A stretch of 64,000 bases of DNA, from the NCBI RefSeq assembly GCF_018977255.1, contig NW_024704742.1, forward strand, positions 96,226,001 to 96,290,000, read 5' to 3'. This document shows, one piece after another, positions 25,136 through 38,224 of this stretch. Both the position numbers and the translations under genes were made by a program. This stretch comes from Callorhinchus milii. Its lineage: Eukaryota. The notes under the pieces were generated by a model. The model searched no databases, was not told the DNA's origin, and saw only the letters and a list, made by a program, of their open reading frames with translations. Numbering within the stretch: the stretch's first letter is position 1; the number at the start of each line of letters is the position of its first letter.

Positions 25136-25902
25136 TAATCGTCGCATCAAGAGTCACTACACTTCAAATTAACTCAACATGCAAACCCTTTGTGGTGCAT
25201 TAATGTGATAAGGTCCAAATGCAAAAATAGTATTACTTTACTGGATTTCATACAGCTCTGTAGCTTATGTGTTTCACTTGGGTGCATACCATTATGCGCC
25301 AGAATATCAACTGATGTTGAACCAGTAAAACATTACTATTCAGTGGATACAGTAGAAATTCATCTGGAGAGGAAATCTCACTTGTTTGAAAAATGCTAAG
25401 GGTAATTTTGTAATCTGAATGAATGTTCAAAGACTGTACACAATGGAGGGAGAAATGTTTTAGTGACAGCAAGTGCTATTTGTGAAAGCAGCTGTGATAC
25501 ACTTACACTGAATTTTACCAAGCTGCTAAAAAAAAGTACTATGCATTTTAATTCAGTATTTTAAGCAGTATGATATGAGTGGTGGAAAGTTAATGTCCCA
25601 TTCACAGTTCTGCTTGAGGTACCATGACTACAAAAATACTTCACATATCGAAGGTTTTTTTTCAGCCAAATAACAAGCATATTACATGATTCATTCTCAG
25701 CTGCATTCGACAAAATTGTTGACTTTGTGCTTTCGTTGTAATTGTTTGTATTAAAAAGCAAAATGGTAAATATTTCATTTTGCATTCAGTTTTGACAATT
25801 TATGAACACGTAAGCAATAATTTGTTTTGCTCAGAACTAGTTTATTATTCATTTTACAAGGGCTGCAGATCATAATCATAATCACTGTAAAAGTAGCAAC
25901 TT

Positions 25903-25975
25903 CCTAGGTAGCTCAGTTGATTGAGCATTGGACTTGGGATCATAAGGTATGTGGGTTTGAATCCCCACGGAGCTG
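25903..25975 (+). pseudogene. Isolated tRNA-like sequence (SINE head or tRNA pseudogene)
   Basis: gtagctcagttgattgagc A box and gggtttgaatccc B box, with degenerate stems. Confidence 0.5.
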
Positions 25976-25991
25976 CCTTTATGAGGTTATT

Positions 25992-26312
25992 ACAACAACT
26001 TGAATCTATATTGCACCCTTCACGCAGGGCAGCGTCTTGGAGCACCTCTCCCTGACACAAACCGAGGGGAGCGAGGAAGTGACCATAAGCACAATCGAAG
26101 AGGAAGGTCTTCAGTCATGATCTAAAAAGGTGATGGAGGGGGCAAGGTAGAGGGATTGGGGGAGAGAGTTCCAAAGCTTTGTGGTATAGTGGCTGAAAGA
26201 GTGGTTGCCGTTGGTGAAGCGGAGGGAAGAAGGGACAAGCAGAAGGCTAGAGCCAATCATGCAGAGGTAGCGGGTAGTGAGTGGGGAGAAAGCAGGTCAG
26301 AAATATAAGGAA
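25992..26312 (-). mobile_element. L2 3' end, decayed
   Basis: acaacaacttg tail and gagagagttccaaagc (LWNSL on the minus strand). Confidence 0.8.
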
Positions 26313-26784
26313 GTGCCAGCTGTCAGAATAAGTATTACATTTGAATATAATTTTCTTGAGAGAGATGATCACTGGGTGTCCCTGGGCTGAACTTTAACTG
26401 GCAGTGAAGAAATCAGTCCCGGCAACTCTCTACTATCTAAGCATTGTTGATGGTTGACAGCCTGTCTGGCTAATCAATGAGATTTGAAGGTGCAGGCGGG
26501 TCTTCGAACCCTCAGCGAAAGCTCCAAAAGTTATTATGGTGGCTACAGTCAGCTAAAATACAGGGTTGTACACTCAACATTATCATTTATACAACATGAT
26601 AGCTATATGGACAAGCATTATAGTTTTTTTCAAATTGAAGAGAAAGAATATAATAAGTCAATAGAATTGAAAATGTAAAATGAGCAAACATGAGCCAAAT
26701 GCTACTTCCAGTTTGCGGTGTTTTTCAGGTAGGGAGAATGTTTCAAAGCATTTTTCAAAGATGTAGTGTGAGGGAAATGCTAGG

Positions 26785-27735
26785 GGATTGGTGGTCAAAG
26801 GTGCAGTCGGAAGGATATGGGTTTTGAAATCAGAGGAATGACGAATCGGAGGGATTTCAAAAGATTATCTGAAAGCTCGCCTATTAATTGTGGGGTGGAA
26901 TGGAAAGGAGTGGACAGAGTGCATGAAACAGGCCAGAGCTATGGCCAGGAAATTAGGATCATAGGATATCACAGAGGTAGGGTTGGGGCAAGACCATGGG
27001 AGCATTTGAAAGTAAGGATGAAGATCTTCAAGTTGATACACTGAGGGATAAGGAGCCAGTGGAGTTGGGGAAGAATGGGATGATGGGATCATGGAGCCTG
27101 GTACATAAGAACGTAAGAACATAAGAAATGGAAGCAGGAGTAGGCCATTTGGCCTTCGAGCCTGCTCTGCCATTTAATAAAATCATGGCTGATCTTCTAA
27201 CTTAATTCCATTTACCTGCCCTATCCCCATATCCCTTAATCCCTTTAGTTTTTAAAATTCTATTTTTCTATGGTGAGGGAGAGGATTTGGGCTGAGAACT
27301 TTGGGATCATTTGGAGCTCTGGGAGCTGGGGAGTCTGGCAAGCAGGACATTGGAAAAGTGAATTCTGGAATTTACAAAGGTATGGATGAGGATTTGGGCT
27401 GCAGTTGGGTTGAGGTAGCAATGGTGGCGGGAGATTGGAGATGGAGGAAAGCAGACTTGGCCAGAGGCTTGTGAAAGGTTGAAAGGAAAGTTGAGAGTTG
27501 AACAAAAGGTTAATTTTCAATCCAGGCTTCTTCTGTTGATCAACCAGGAGGGTTGATATGGTCTTAATATGGTCAGTGCCTGAGATGAGGAGATGAGGGA
27601 GGTGAGCAGGATAGCTTTAGTTTAATCAACAATGAGTTGGAGAAGGTTAAGGCTTATCTAGGTCTTAATCTGTTACGACAGCAGTAGACCTGATGGTCGA
27701 GGATAAAGACAGCATGATAGAGTTGGGTGATATCC
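26785..27735 (-). mobile_element. Old L2 ORF2 3' part interrupted by a CR1 tail
   Basis: The minus strand gives DITQLY (decayed DDTQLY) at ~27717-27734, SAFLHL and LKIFILTFK. Confidence 0.8.
27103..27263 (-). mobile_element. CR1 3' end (same subfamily as 1-2164)
   Basis: cataagaacgtaagaacataagaaatggaagcaggagtaggccatt...ctatccccatatcccttaatccc is the reverse complement of 2030-2164-like sequence. Confidence 0.92.
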
Positions 27736-27744
27736 AACAACAAC

Positions 27745-27850
27745 AATAATAATAATCCTTGCATTTGATATAGCGCTTTTCACATCTTCTTGACGTCTCA
27801 AAGCGCTTCATAGAATAGATTGTAAAGTGAATTGACCGTATATTTGTGGG
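27745..27850 (-). mobile_element. SINE 3' end inserted into an L2 tail (L2 tail spans ~27736-27920)
   Basis: aataataatccttgcatttgatatagcg...tatttgtggg, flanked by aacaacaac and atatagtgccctcca...ctcagagcacttaacag. Confidence 0.8.
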
Positions 27851-28427
27851 ATATAGTGCCCTCCATCCAGAGTACCGTCTCAGAGCACTTAACAGTGGCG
27901 CGTAACAGAGGAGAGGAAGATGTTGATGAAATTGGCTAGAGGATGATGAAATTAGCGTTAGGCAGTGAGAAATATTCAGCAATATTTTATCATTCGTTAT
28001 ATTTAAGACTCATACACTTGTCTAGAATCCATGCCAATAAGATAATTGTAGACAGTGTTATTAACAGAGCAGAACAGGACAATTTGAACCGTTTGGTTTC
28101 ATCAAGTAAGTGTAGCAGTTTTGAAGCCAGGGTCTGCTGTGTTGTTTGACAAGGTCAGCTTCCACCCCACTCTTTGCTTGTGTTACACTTCACTGCCTTG
28201 CCTGCATGCATGACTTTAATAGTATTCATTACATATCACCTCAGCACATTGAAAGCACTTCTACATTCTGCCCACCTGCATGGCTACATGCATTCCCTGT
28301 GGTTTAACCAAATGCTCCTTGCAGCGCCCATCTTTGTCCAAACCTTGTGCCAAATATTGTTAATGTCAAAAAGCTTAATTCTTCTGAATTTGTTGACTAG
28401 TATAGTATCAATTATTGGGGTAAAATA

Positions 28428-28645
28428 AATAATAAATACGCTTTGGACTTCATATTATGCTTTATCACGTCGTTGACATATCTCGAAGACCTTCACAGGG
28501 TATACTGTAAAATGGATTGACGGTGTATTTTGTGGGTAAAATACGGCAGCCAATTGCACACAGAAATGTCCAACAATCAGTCAGGGAACAGGTGACCAAT
28601 TTTATCTCAGGGATTTGTTGGCCAGGACATTGGGAGAAACTCCTT
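28428..28645 (-). mobile_element. Deu-domain SINE 3' half
   Basis: cttcacagggtatactgtaaa...ggcagccaattgcacacag...ttggccaggaca. Confidence 0.8.
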
Positions 28646-29204
28646 TAATAAAATATAATACAGTGTTTCATAACAGATTCAAAGTTAACCTTCAATTTAT
28701 TTGCATATCATGACAGAAAATAGCCCTTATATCAGGTAATAATGAGCTGATTGTATAAACTTTCCATATAATTCAGCTGATTTGCAATTATGTTATTTTT
28801 TTCATCTATTATGGTTTTCTTACCTAATATCACGTGTACGTTTAATAGAAATGGACAGTACTGTACTTTTCTCCAGTTGCTTCTTGCTATGTGAGCAGTC
28901 ACTGTCTTTGCATTGGAGCACAGATACTGTGCTGCTCTATCAGTAATATCAGAACTGGACAGATTAATCCATCAGGCAAGATGTTTTCAACCTCATCCTC
29001 CAATTACTAATATTCTATTATAGGCAGCAGGGTGTCCTTACAAATATCGCCTCTGAAACGAAAACACCTCTGTCTGACATTGGATAAATAATTAATAATG
29101 CCAATCATGTAAAACACCTCCAAATACGTCTTATTTTTGTGTTCTTACCCACCTCTTCAGTCAGTTTATCATACAGTAAAACTCATAAATTGTACAATCC
29201 ATTC

Positions 29205-29578
29205 AGTGGGCTCTGACCTGCTCCATGGCTCCCGCCCGACCCGTCCTACCATCGGTGGCCGGGCTTTCAGCCTCTCTGCCCCCACACTCTGGAACTCCAT
29301 CCCACAGTCCCTTCGCCTCGTTTCCTCCCTTGCCTCCTTCAAGGCCGGTCTCAAGACCCTCCTCTTCGATCGTGCCTTCAGTTGCCCTCCCACCTCTCTG
29401 CCTTCCCTCACCCCAATCCCACCCCTCCTCCATGCTCGGGTCCTGACCCCTGACTGTCCTCCTGACGTGAAAGGCGCATTATAAATGGAATCTTGTTGTT
29501 GTTGTTGTTGTCTAGCACTTTGGGACATCCTCCCAACCTGAAAGACGCTCTATAAATGTAATTTTGTTGTTGTTATCG
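29205..29578 (+). mobile_element. L2 3' end with a duplicated terminal tail
   Basis: TIGGRAFSLSAPTLWNSIPQSLR...LKTLLFDRAF, a (TTG)n tail at ~29493-29511 and a second tail at 29513-29578. Confidence 0.9.
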
Positions 29579-30334
29579 TTGTGAACTAAAAGCTCAGATT
29601 CTATGGATTAATCTGGTGGGGGATCACTCTGTTAGCAGGGGGCTTCAAATTCTGAAAAATAGCCAAATTGTTTCATTGAGATTGTAATCCATGGGAGTAT
29701 GACATTAAACAAAATCTTAAATTACCTATCAGGTGCTTGAACACATTCATTAATATTATTTTACAGTACCGCATATACAAGGTTGTGTCTACATATCCAA
29801 TGCTATCAATATCTCATGTGAGCGAACATTTTCCTCTGAGGAAATCCAGAAACTAAAGTTATTCACTCTGTGACTCAAGCTTACAGAACTAAACATTTTT
29901 GCAACTTTGAAACTAGCCAGATAGGACCACAATTGTCTTTTCTGTTCCTGTGCATTCCACCTTCCTGTATAATTTACATTTATTACTACAGAAGACCAGG
30001 TAGCAACAGGCTTTTAATTTTTTTTCAAATCTTGTCTCTAACCTTGGAACTTGAAAAGTTGGGGAGCATTTTTGATCATGAACTGAGATTTTTATATCTT
30101 GTCCCAAAAGGACCGTACATATGAAATATGTGTTTTTTTCACAAACTATTGCCTAAAAATTGAGAAAAAATGAATCCCAGCATATCTGTCTCAATTCTGT
30201 GTTTGACTAAATTTTTTTTTGATAATTCACACACTTAAATTGACAGATGTACACAAAAGAGCTCTAAGTCACCACTTGAAGCTGCTGAAATAATTGGTGT
30301 TATTTTAAATAAAAACTAATACTGGTTTGAATTT

Positions 30335-30520
30335 GTACAGAGCAAATAGGGAGGTTAGGAGAAATGTTTTTGTGCACCGAGTAGTTAGGCTATGGAACCC
30401 CTTGCCAGGATGGTAGTTGAAGCAAAATCTATATCGGCCTTCAAGAGGGAACGAGGCAGATACCTTAACAAGTATCAGCTACAGGGGTATGGGGAAAGGG
30501 CAGGTAGGTGGGACTAAAAG
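30335..30520 (+). mobile_element. CR1 ORF2 C-terminal fragment
   Basis: REVRRNVFVHRVVRLWNPLP...AFKRE...GYGERAGRWD*. Confidence 0.8.
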
Positions 30521-30608
30521 GATTGCTCTTGAACAGGGATTCTCATACTCTGTCATAGTGAGCCTCCCTAAACTAGGGGGAAAAAAATAGCTCCTTCCCA
30601 TAGCTTAT

Positions 30609-30805
30609 CAACAACAACAACTTGGATATATATAGCGTCCTCCACGCTGGACGGCATTTCAGAGCGCTTCACAGTAACAGATCCCGAGGCCGAGCCAGGG
30701 AGGAAGGTGACCAAAGGCACAGTCAAAAAGAAAGGTCTTCAACCGAGACCAGAAAGTGGGAAGAGAGGGGACGAGGCAAAGGGAGTGAGGAAGGGAGTTC
30801 CGGAG
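30609..30805 (-). mobile_element. L2 3' end
   Basis: Reverse-complement match to 33580-33780, with a caacaacaacaacttggat tail. Confidence 0.9.
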
Positions 30806-32089
30806 CAACACTTACAGGACTGCATACCGTCATTCGCAGAACTTCACCACGTACAACATGCTGATGTTATGGAGTATTGCTGGACCTGCTCCATGTTAAT
30901 AATAATCCTATCCTGACGTTTGTTATAGAGCCTTATCATGTTGTCGAAAAATCCCAAGTGTTTCACAAGATTTATTGTGAAGAGCAGGGACTCCCAATTT
31001 GTAGGTGAAGCTGAAGTCCCATATTGGTGATAACTTTCTTAGTTAAGAGGATGGGATAAATCAGCTGAGACGTCTGCACTAACCCTGCTAATACAATCTC
31101 TTGGTGTGTGGACATGGAGTTGTGTATGAATAGTATCCAGTTATTTTCCCCCTTTTCACACACAACCAAGACACAACTGGAGAGCCAGACCTCCTAGGAG
31201 GCCCGAAGGCCCTGGGGCAGATGAACTGTCCACTTGCTGAATTCTTACTGCAAGCCTCTGCACTAGACAACTTCTTATACAAGTGGGAACACAAACAAAT
31301 ATTCTTGTCATTTGTGTTTTACAGTTACATATTACAACTGTTATTTCCTGTCCCAGAAAGTGCTTTTCAATAAAACTCCGAGGACTTCAAGCACAGTTTT
31401 GACATGTTCTTTTATAAAGTTGAGGAATTAACATAGCACATTCATAACTAGTTAAACATATAATAGATTGTTGTTTTACATCTGAAATGACTGTTTAATG
31501 TCTTCAGGATGTTGTGACTGAGCAGCACATGTTTTGTTCTTTGAACATCATGCTGTATATGGAAGATGTCAGCCGTATGATAAATGGCGACATCTTTCAT
31601 AGGTAAACATAACAGTTTATATTCCTAGTGCTGCAGCCTCTTTCATTTCCTGTAGCCTTGTGCATTTACTGGTAAAATCCACAAGAGCCAAGGGTGAGGT
31701 GCAACATTTCATGTCAGCTTGTGGAATGTTGGCAGCAAGGGTGGTCTGTGCTCGGAGTGAGTCTGCTCCATCTCTAGAATGTCTTGATCGTTAAACTGGG
31801 AAGCCAGGAAAATGCCAACAAGTGCGCCAGAGGTGAATGCAGCCTGCAGACTGCATACATTTCCTGGGCTCACAACTTTGAAGCAGAAAGTCAATAAAGA
31901 TGCAATAAGATAAAATAAAGTAATTTCTGCTTAAATTTGCCCGATCGAATAAAAGAACAGAGCAATTAAATTCATGCTTCATTAAATGTAATTTGATGAC
32001 TTTTTACTTTTGAAATACTATCTCTGTCTCCTCCTAGCTGCTATTTCTCAGGAATGGATGGCCAAGTGTTCTTCTGTTTTATAATATAC

Positions 32090-33785
32090 CCCCATTCTAC
32101 ATTCCTTGCTCCCCATCTCTCCCTCCTCCCTCTTACCCACCATCACCTCCATGAAACCCACCACCTGCTGCCTCGACACCCTCCCCACCAACTTACTGGT
32201 CACACAGCTCCCCCTTCTCTGCCCACTATTGGCTGACATCATCAACCAGTCCCTCTCCTCTGGATCAGTCGCTGCCTCCCTCAAAACTGCTGTCATCACA
32301 CCCCCTCCTGAAAAAACCCTCCCTAGATCGCTCAAACCCCGGCCACTACCGCCCCATTTCTAACCTGCCCTTCCTCTCAAAAGTTCTAGAATGCGTTGTT
32401 GTCAACCAACTCTGCGCCCACCTCTCCTCCCACTCCCTCTTCGACTCCCTCCAGTCCGGTTTCCGTCCTGCCCACAGTACAGAGACTGCACTTGTGAAAG
32501 TCACAAATGACCTCCCCTCTATCTGTGACCAGGGCTCCCTCTGCCTCCTTGTCCTCCTGGACCTCTCTGCCACGTTTGACACAGTCGATCACGCCATCCT
32601 CCTTCACCGCCTTTCCTCCGTCATCCACCTCAGTGGGACCGCACTCGCCTGGTTTGAGTCCTACCTCACACACCGCCAGCAGTACATCTGCACAAACAGC
32701 TTTTCCTCCCGCTCTCACCTGGTCACCTGTGGGGTTCCCCAAGGATCCATCCTTGGCCCCCTCCTCTTTCTGATCTATATGCTCCCTCTTGGGAATGTCA
32801 TCCGGAGACATGGGGTACATTTCCACATGTATGCAGACGACACCCAACTCTATTTTTCCACCTCTCTTTGCGATCCCCAGTCCCCTGATGTTCTGTCAGC
32901 CTGCCTGTCAGATCTCAGGGGTTGGCTGAGCACAAATTTCCTTCAGCTGAATATTGACAAGACGGAAGCCATACTCTTTGGTTCTCGTCAACGTCTAAAA
33001 ACTCACGGCTCTCACCGCCTCCACCTAACCAGCCTCCCCCTAAAACTCTCCAAACCCGTACACAACCAAGGTGTCAGGTTCGACCCCCAATTATCCTTCC
33101 TCCCCCACATCTGGTCCCTCACCAGCACTGCTTTCTTCCACCTCCGACGCATCGCCCATCTCCGCCAATACCTCTCCCCAAAAGCTGCTGAAACTCTAGT
33201 CTATGCTTTTGTCAACTCTCAGCTGGACTACTCTAATGCCCCCCTCATCGGTCTCCCATCCACTACCATCCATAAAGTCCAAATCATTCAAAACTCTGCC
33301 GCCCGCATTCTCACCTTCATGAAACTCCGCTCCCCGGTCACCCCAGTCCTTGCCAGACTGCACTGGCTGTCTATCCCAGAGAGGATCGATTTCAAGATCC
33401 TCACCCTTGTATTCAAGTCCCTCCACTCCTCTGCACCCCCCTACCTCTCTGACCTCCTCTCTCCTCAAAACAGTACCCATTGCCTTCGTTCCTCTGGGTC
33501 TGGCCTCTTCCTCGTCCCCCGATTCCTCCGCTCCACCCTCGGAGGCCGTGCCTTCAGCCACTATGCCCCGAGGCTCTGGAACTGCCTTCCTCACTCCCTT
33601 CGTCTTGCTCTCTCCCTTCCCATTTTCAGGTCTCTGCTGAAGACCTTTCTTTTCAACCATGCCTTTGGTCACCTTCTCCCCCCTCCCCCTGGCTTGGTCT
33701 TGGGACCCGTTACTGTAAAGCGCTCTGAGATGCCATCTGACGTGGAGGGCGCTATATAAATCCAAGTTGTTATTGTTGTTGTTGT
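32090..33785 (+). mobile_element. L2 LINE, 5'-truncated and well preserved
   Basis: SMKPTTCCLDTLP...YRPISNLPFLSKVLE...QSGFRPAHSTETAL, followed by the RT domain and a (GTT)n tail. Confidence 0.95.
32494..33759 (+). CDS. Open remnant of L2 ORF2 (reverse transcriptase and C-terminus); not a host gene
   Basis: LLDLSATFDTVDH, GVPQGSILGPLLF, HMYADDTQLY (YADD at 32830-32841), LDYSN and LHWL; the frame is open upstream to ~32302. Confidence 0.9.
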   Translation: MKVTNDLPSICDQGSLCLLVLLDLSATFDTVDHAILLHRLSSVIHLSGTALAWFESYLTHRQQYICTNSFSSRSHLVTCGVPQGSILGPLLFLIYMLPLGNVIRRHGVHFHMYADDTQLYFSTSLCDPQSPDVLSACLSDLRGWLSTNFLQLNIDKTEAILFGSRQRLKTHGSHRLHLTSLPLKLSKPVHNQGVRFDPQLSFLPHIWSLTSTAFFHLRRIAHLRQYLSPKAAETLVYAFVNSQLDYSNAPLIGLPSTTIHKVQIIQNSAARILTFMKLRSPVTPVLARLHWLSIPERIDFKILTLVFKSLHSSAPPYLSDLLSPQNSTHCLRSSGSGLFLVPRFLRSTLGGRAFSHYAPRLWNCLPHSLRLALSLPIFRSLLKTFLFNHAFGHLLPPPPGLVLGPVTVKRSEMPSDVEGAI

Positions 33786-36700
33786 AGTAATGTGATGAGC
33801 CTTTGCAAGAGAAAGTTTCTTTGCATGTATTGCTACCTTTGACTCCGTTATGAACCCTGAATTTGCCAAAAATGCAAACTTAATTGAAAAACTCATTGGG
33901 GATAAAACTTTAGCCAATATGAATCTTTGGAATTTGAAAGCGAATTATTCTTGTATTACAAGAAGAGAATAGTTGGTGGATAGATACTGGATTTCAAAAA
34001 AGCAGCCGTTCATGATGCAATCAACTACTAGAGTCAAACTAATGGGGAATCGTGGTGGTGACACAGCTGTCACAGCTGTCTTGTGAGATCCTGCTCTGAA
34101 CCAAGGAAGCCGACATAGTTGTGACATGCTTCCGGTTACCAGTGGGATAATATGTAAATGACTATGGGTTGATATTAATGAATCCTGACACAACCCACCA
34201 CTTTTTTATCCACAGTATCACCATTTTACTTCCAGTACAGAAACCACATCTCTTCATTAAGCACTGAGCTATTAGTATTCCATGAACTAGCAATGAAATG
34301 TTACAATCTCCAGGGCCACAGGTTCAATGGCCACCACGCCTCACTCATTGGTTACCAGGGATGACTTTGAGCCCAATTGTTTTGTCATAATTGGGGGTTG
34401 TTGTTTTTTCATCGCAAGAATTCCTTCCTTTGGATGAAACAAAACAACAGGCCAAACCTGTGCTCATATCTATGTGCTATTGTATTTGCACATAAGTGGC
34501 ACAGAACCTTTATAGTGTGCGTACTATATCAACCCATAGAGTGCTAACCCTCCCATCATAAAGCAATCTGCTTCCTATGTTCTACAATATATTAAGAACC
34601 TACAGCCCTTTTCATTACCAATTTGCTGGTAGCAAAGTGGGAATTGTCAGAGTCAATTATTCTTGACTTTGTGTGAATATTTTGCCACACACCTATTAAA
34701 ATTATTTGTAGGTTTTTTTTGCTGAAAATTAATGAGGCACATATAAGGAAAAGTGGCTATTCACTGGGCAAGCTTTACATTTCTAATTTATTGTCAACTT
34801 GAATAATAATTCGTAGCACTGAATTACCCACAGAACCACTTGATTATCATAATGATGCTGAAAACTCACAACATTCGCACTGAATGACAAAAGCTTTATC
34901 AGAGCTTGCTTTCTTTCAGCAATCAGAAGGCCCTTCATTAAATTTAATAAACCTGGAAGCAAATTGCATTTTGCAGAACTATTTTTGTAGCATTTTGTAA
35001 ATGCTATTTGGACTGCACGGTCCCAATTTACTTTTCTCTGCTGAATTACTCTCCAACCTCTCTAAATGTATTTCGTTCAGTCGCATTCATATTGAACAGT
35101 AATTTAGTCCTGAAAGCAGCATTCATCTGATTTTGTCTCTGCAATCATTGTTCCAGATGAGTGTATTCTCAAGGACAAATTTAAAAGCACTACCACAGCC
35201 TCTCATGTAGCATTATGTATCTGAAGTATCAAAATTCACTATACTCTGCAGCCCCTTTCTTCCGACGGGTACTTGTGTTTCTTGTTTCCCCCTAGCCCAG
35301 CATCCCTTCTGCTTCCTCCTGTCATTAAACATACATTAGTCAAGCGCACCTGACTAGATGGCCAGATTTTGTTTAGCTGCTCTCCACTCCAAAATGTTAA
35401 AGACGTGCATTAGTGAGAAATGTTCCTAGCTTGATAAAATGGAAGATAAAAGGATTTTCAGACTGAAGTATGTTTGTAGCAGATTGACAACTAGTTTCGA
35501 TTCTGTTAAAAAACCCTAAAAAGCCTACTTGAGATTTCCATGTGTAACAATGGGATCAAGTAGACGGGAAAAAATGGATTCTGTGTTTCTGCAAGAGCAT
35601 CACATTTTAAACCCAGAAAATTAAAGTATTAATCAAATAGAACACATTGAATCATTTCTAATGGGTCAGTGCCTTTCTATGGATCAGGTATGTTAATCTG
35701 AACTGAGACAGAAGATTAGCATTGCAAGGCTGAATATGAGCCTTAATCTTTGCATGTCTGTTGCTAATGGAACATGCACTTTTTTCATAACAAATATTAA
35801 TGATGAAAGTATTAATTTGTCATAATGATTATTAATGATCAAACATGCGTTTTATTATTAAAATTATTAAATTATCTTATTTAATTGTACATCTTAAAAT
35901 TGAAGGTTTGATTTTTTTGTTTTATTCTCCCTTTATTCGATTGTATTATTCGTTATTATTCTTTTAACCTTTCATTTCACAACTGTTTGAGGGACATCAC
36001 AGTGTGCAATTGTCTGCCATGTTATAAAGTAGACAGGGGACAAAATGGATTATGGAAATGGAAATATATAGTCACAACACAGTACAACACATCCAGTGGA
36101 GCATTTAGCATCGTTTTCAAGACGTGAAAGGTGTTATATCAAGTGCAAGGATTATTTATTTATTATTTATTACATTTCATAAAGGATTAGATATCAACAT
36201 TTGTATTTTATGCGTTTTACATTTCCATATCTTGTTTGAACATATTTCATTGCGTCTACTAAAAACAAAATACTCAGCTGTCGGGAATAGCAAATACTTT
36301 TCGTAAGTGGGAGGAAGATCCTAAAATTTCTATTCTCCTGTTTGTATCAAAAGATGCCTTGCGTGGAAATGAAGATGACTGCATGAAGATGAGATACTTT
36401 GTAATGGAAATAACATTTGCTGACATATCGTTGCAGTATTAATAGCAACGACACAGCTTTGCGCTCTATAAATAGGAGCAGCAAACTCCATTTTTGAATC
36501 GGGTGATAATCATTTTAAAATGTGTAAAATTTATCAGTTATTTTTGCAATATACAATATAATACAATTTATATAGAGCCTTTCACTTTAGGAGCGCAGTC
36601 ATAAAGCGCTTGACAATTCTGGCTGAGCGGTACGGAGCTGAGGGTGGGAGCTGAGCGGGTGAGAAAAATGCTTTGGCTGCATTTTGTCCATGTGCTATTT

Positions 36701-37509
36701 TTCTATAGGATGTCCTTGCAAACATACCATATAAGACCTAGTATCTACTCCAAATCAACAATATTTAGAACTGTACATTGTTGATGCACTTAAAAGCAGT
36801 TAGTTTCATAGCGTTTATCTGGAAATGTAGCCTTTTTCTGGATTTTATTTTCATCCTCCATTAATGTATCATTATTATGGCAATTATCATCAACCTCGAT
36901 TATCATAGAAGAACAAATATTCATAGGGTTTACAAATGGTAATGTACGCATACAGTTACATCTTGAGAACCGCAGAATTTGTTTGGCAGCAAACGCTATG
37001 CTTGGTTCAGGATTATTTGCGGATCAGTATTTCCACTTGCAGTGGTTAAATGTAGCCAATTTGCAATTCTTTGTAGCACAAGCCATTTCATAATTCATTT
37101 AGCAACTCAACCAAATCAAAAACAGCAGAAAACACTTAAACCAAAGCAAATATTTTACACCACACTACATAGACCTCTAAAATACAGTGCTCTCTGCGGA
37201 TGAAATTTGACAATGGATTGCCCTTGTTCGGTGTGTAAAAACTATGCTTGGATCAGCATCCCACTTGTAAGAGTTTTCCTTGGGTCATAAATACTTTACA
37301 ATGAGAGGGAATGGGATGTATATCTGTTCACGGGAATAGTACGCTTGAATCTGGATAAAGTATCTAGTTATCTACGGAGTCATCTGTATAATGTAGTATT
37401 TTGCTATTAGTAACAAAATGGAAAGAATGTGGCTCGGCAGACTGAAAGTTTATTGAGCTTTTCGTAGCAAGGTGGATAACTCTGAATATCCGTGAATGTA
37501 ATTCTGACA

Positions 37510-37680
37510 GGAGTGTTGAAGAAGACAAATTGTCTGTCTGTGGGGCACTCCTGTGTGCAATTTGGCTGCTGTGTTCGCCCACAAAACACACTGTCACTAC
37601 ACTTTACACTATATCCTTTGAAGCGCTTTGGAATGTCCTGCCAACATGAAAAGTGCTATACTAAATGTAAGGATTATTAA
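37510..37680 (+). mobile_element. SINE 3' half (Deu/L2 tail)
   Basis: ctgtgtgcaatttggctgctgtgttcgcccacaaa...gaagcgctttgg...aaatgtaaggattatt. Confidence 0.8.
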
Positions 37681-38224
37681 ATAAAACTGTGATTAATAAA
37701 CAAACTGTACTGTATAGAAACATTGGGAGATGTAGGCCATTCACTCTGCTCTACTGTTAATTCTGTGACAACTCTGATAAGTTCCATTTCCCTATCTTTT
37801 CTGCAAATCCTTTACTGGGATTAAAACTGCAACATATAAAACTGCTCACATCAACCAAAGCAATTAATAAATATTACTGGCCTTGGGGACGGAGGTGGCA
37901 GTACTTACTCCCAAGTCCTGTGATAAATATTTGACCACATATTGGTCAATTTAAGAATTAACATTGGTGATAATATTCTCATCTCAAACTATGGATTTCA
38001 GTATCCTCACTAGCCAAGACTGATTTTACAGCCACTGACAAGCTCAAATACAAACAATTGACATGGCAGATTCAGATTAATCTTTTATGCAAAAGTCAAG
38101 GCAAACTGGGAAGTGGAACTAATGACTTGACATATTGAGAAATTGTACCCAAAAGAATAAGTGTGGCCGCAGGGCTGTAAATGGCTAATCACAATCAGTG
38201 AATTAATTGCATTCAAAACATTTT

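Noticed and set aside
31520..31556. miR-15/16-like seed AGCAGCACAT in a small hairpin
   Set aside because: The hairpin is only ~33 nt and the sequence after the first 10 nt does not match the family.
32386..33765. Minus-strand ORFs of 153 and 189 aa
   Set aside because: Antisense shadows of the C-rich L2 ORF2.
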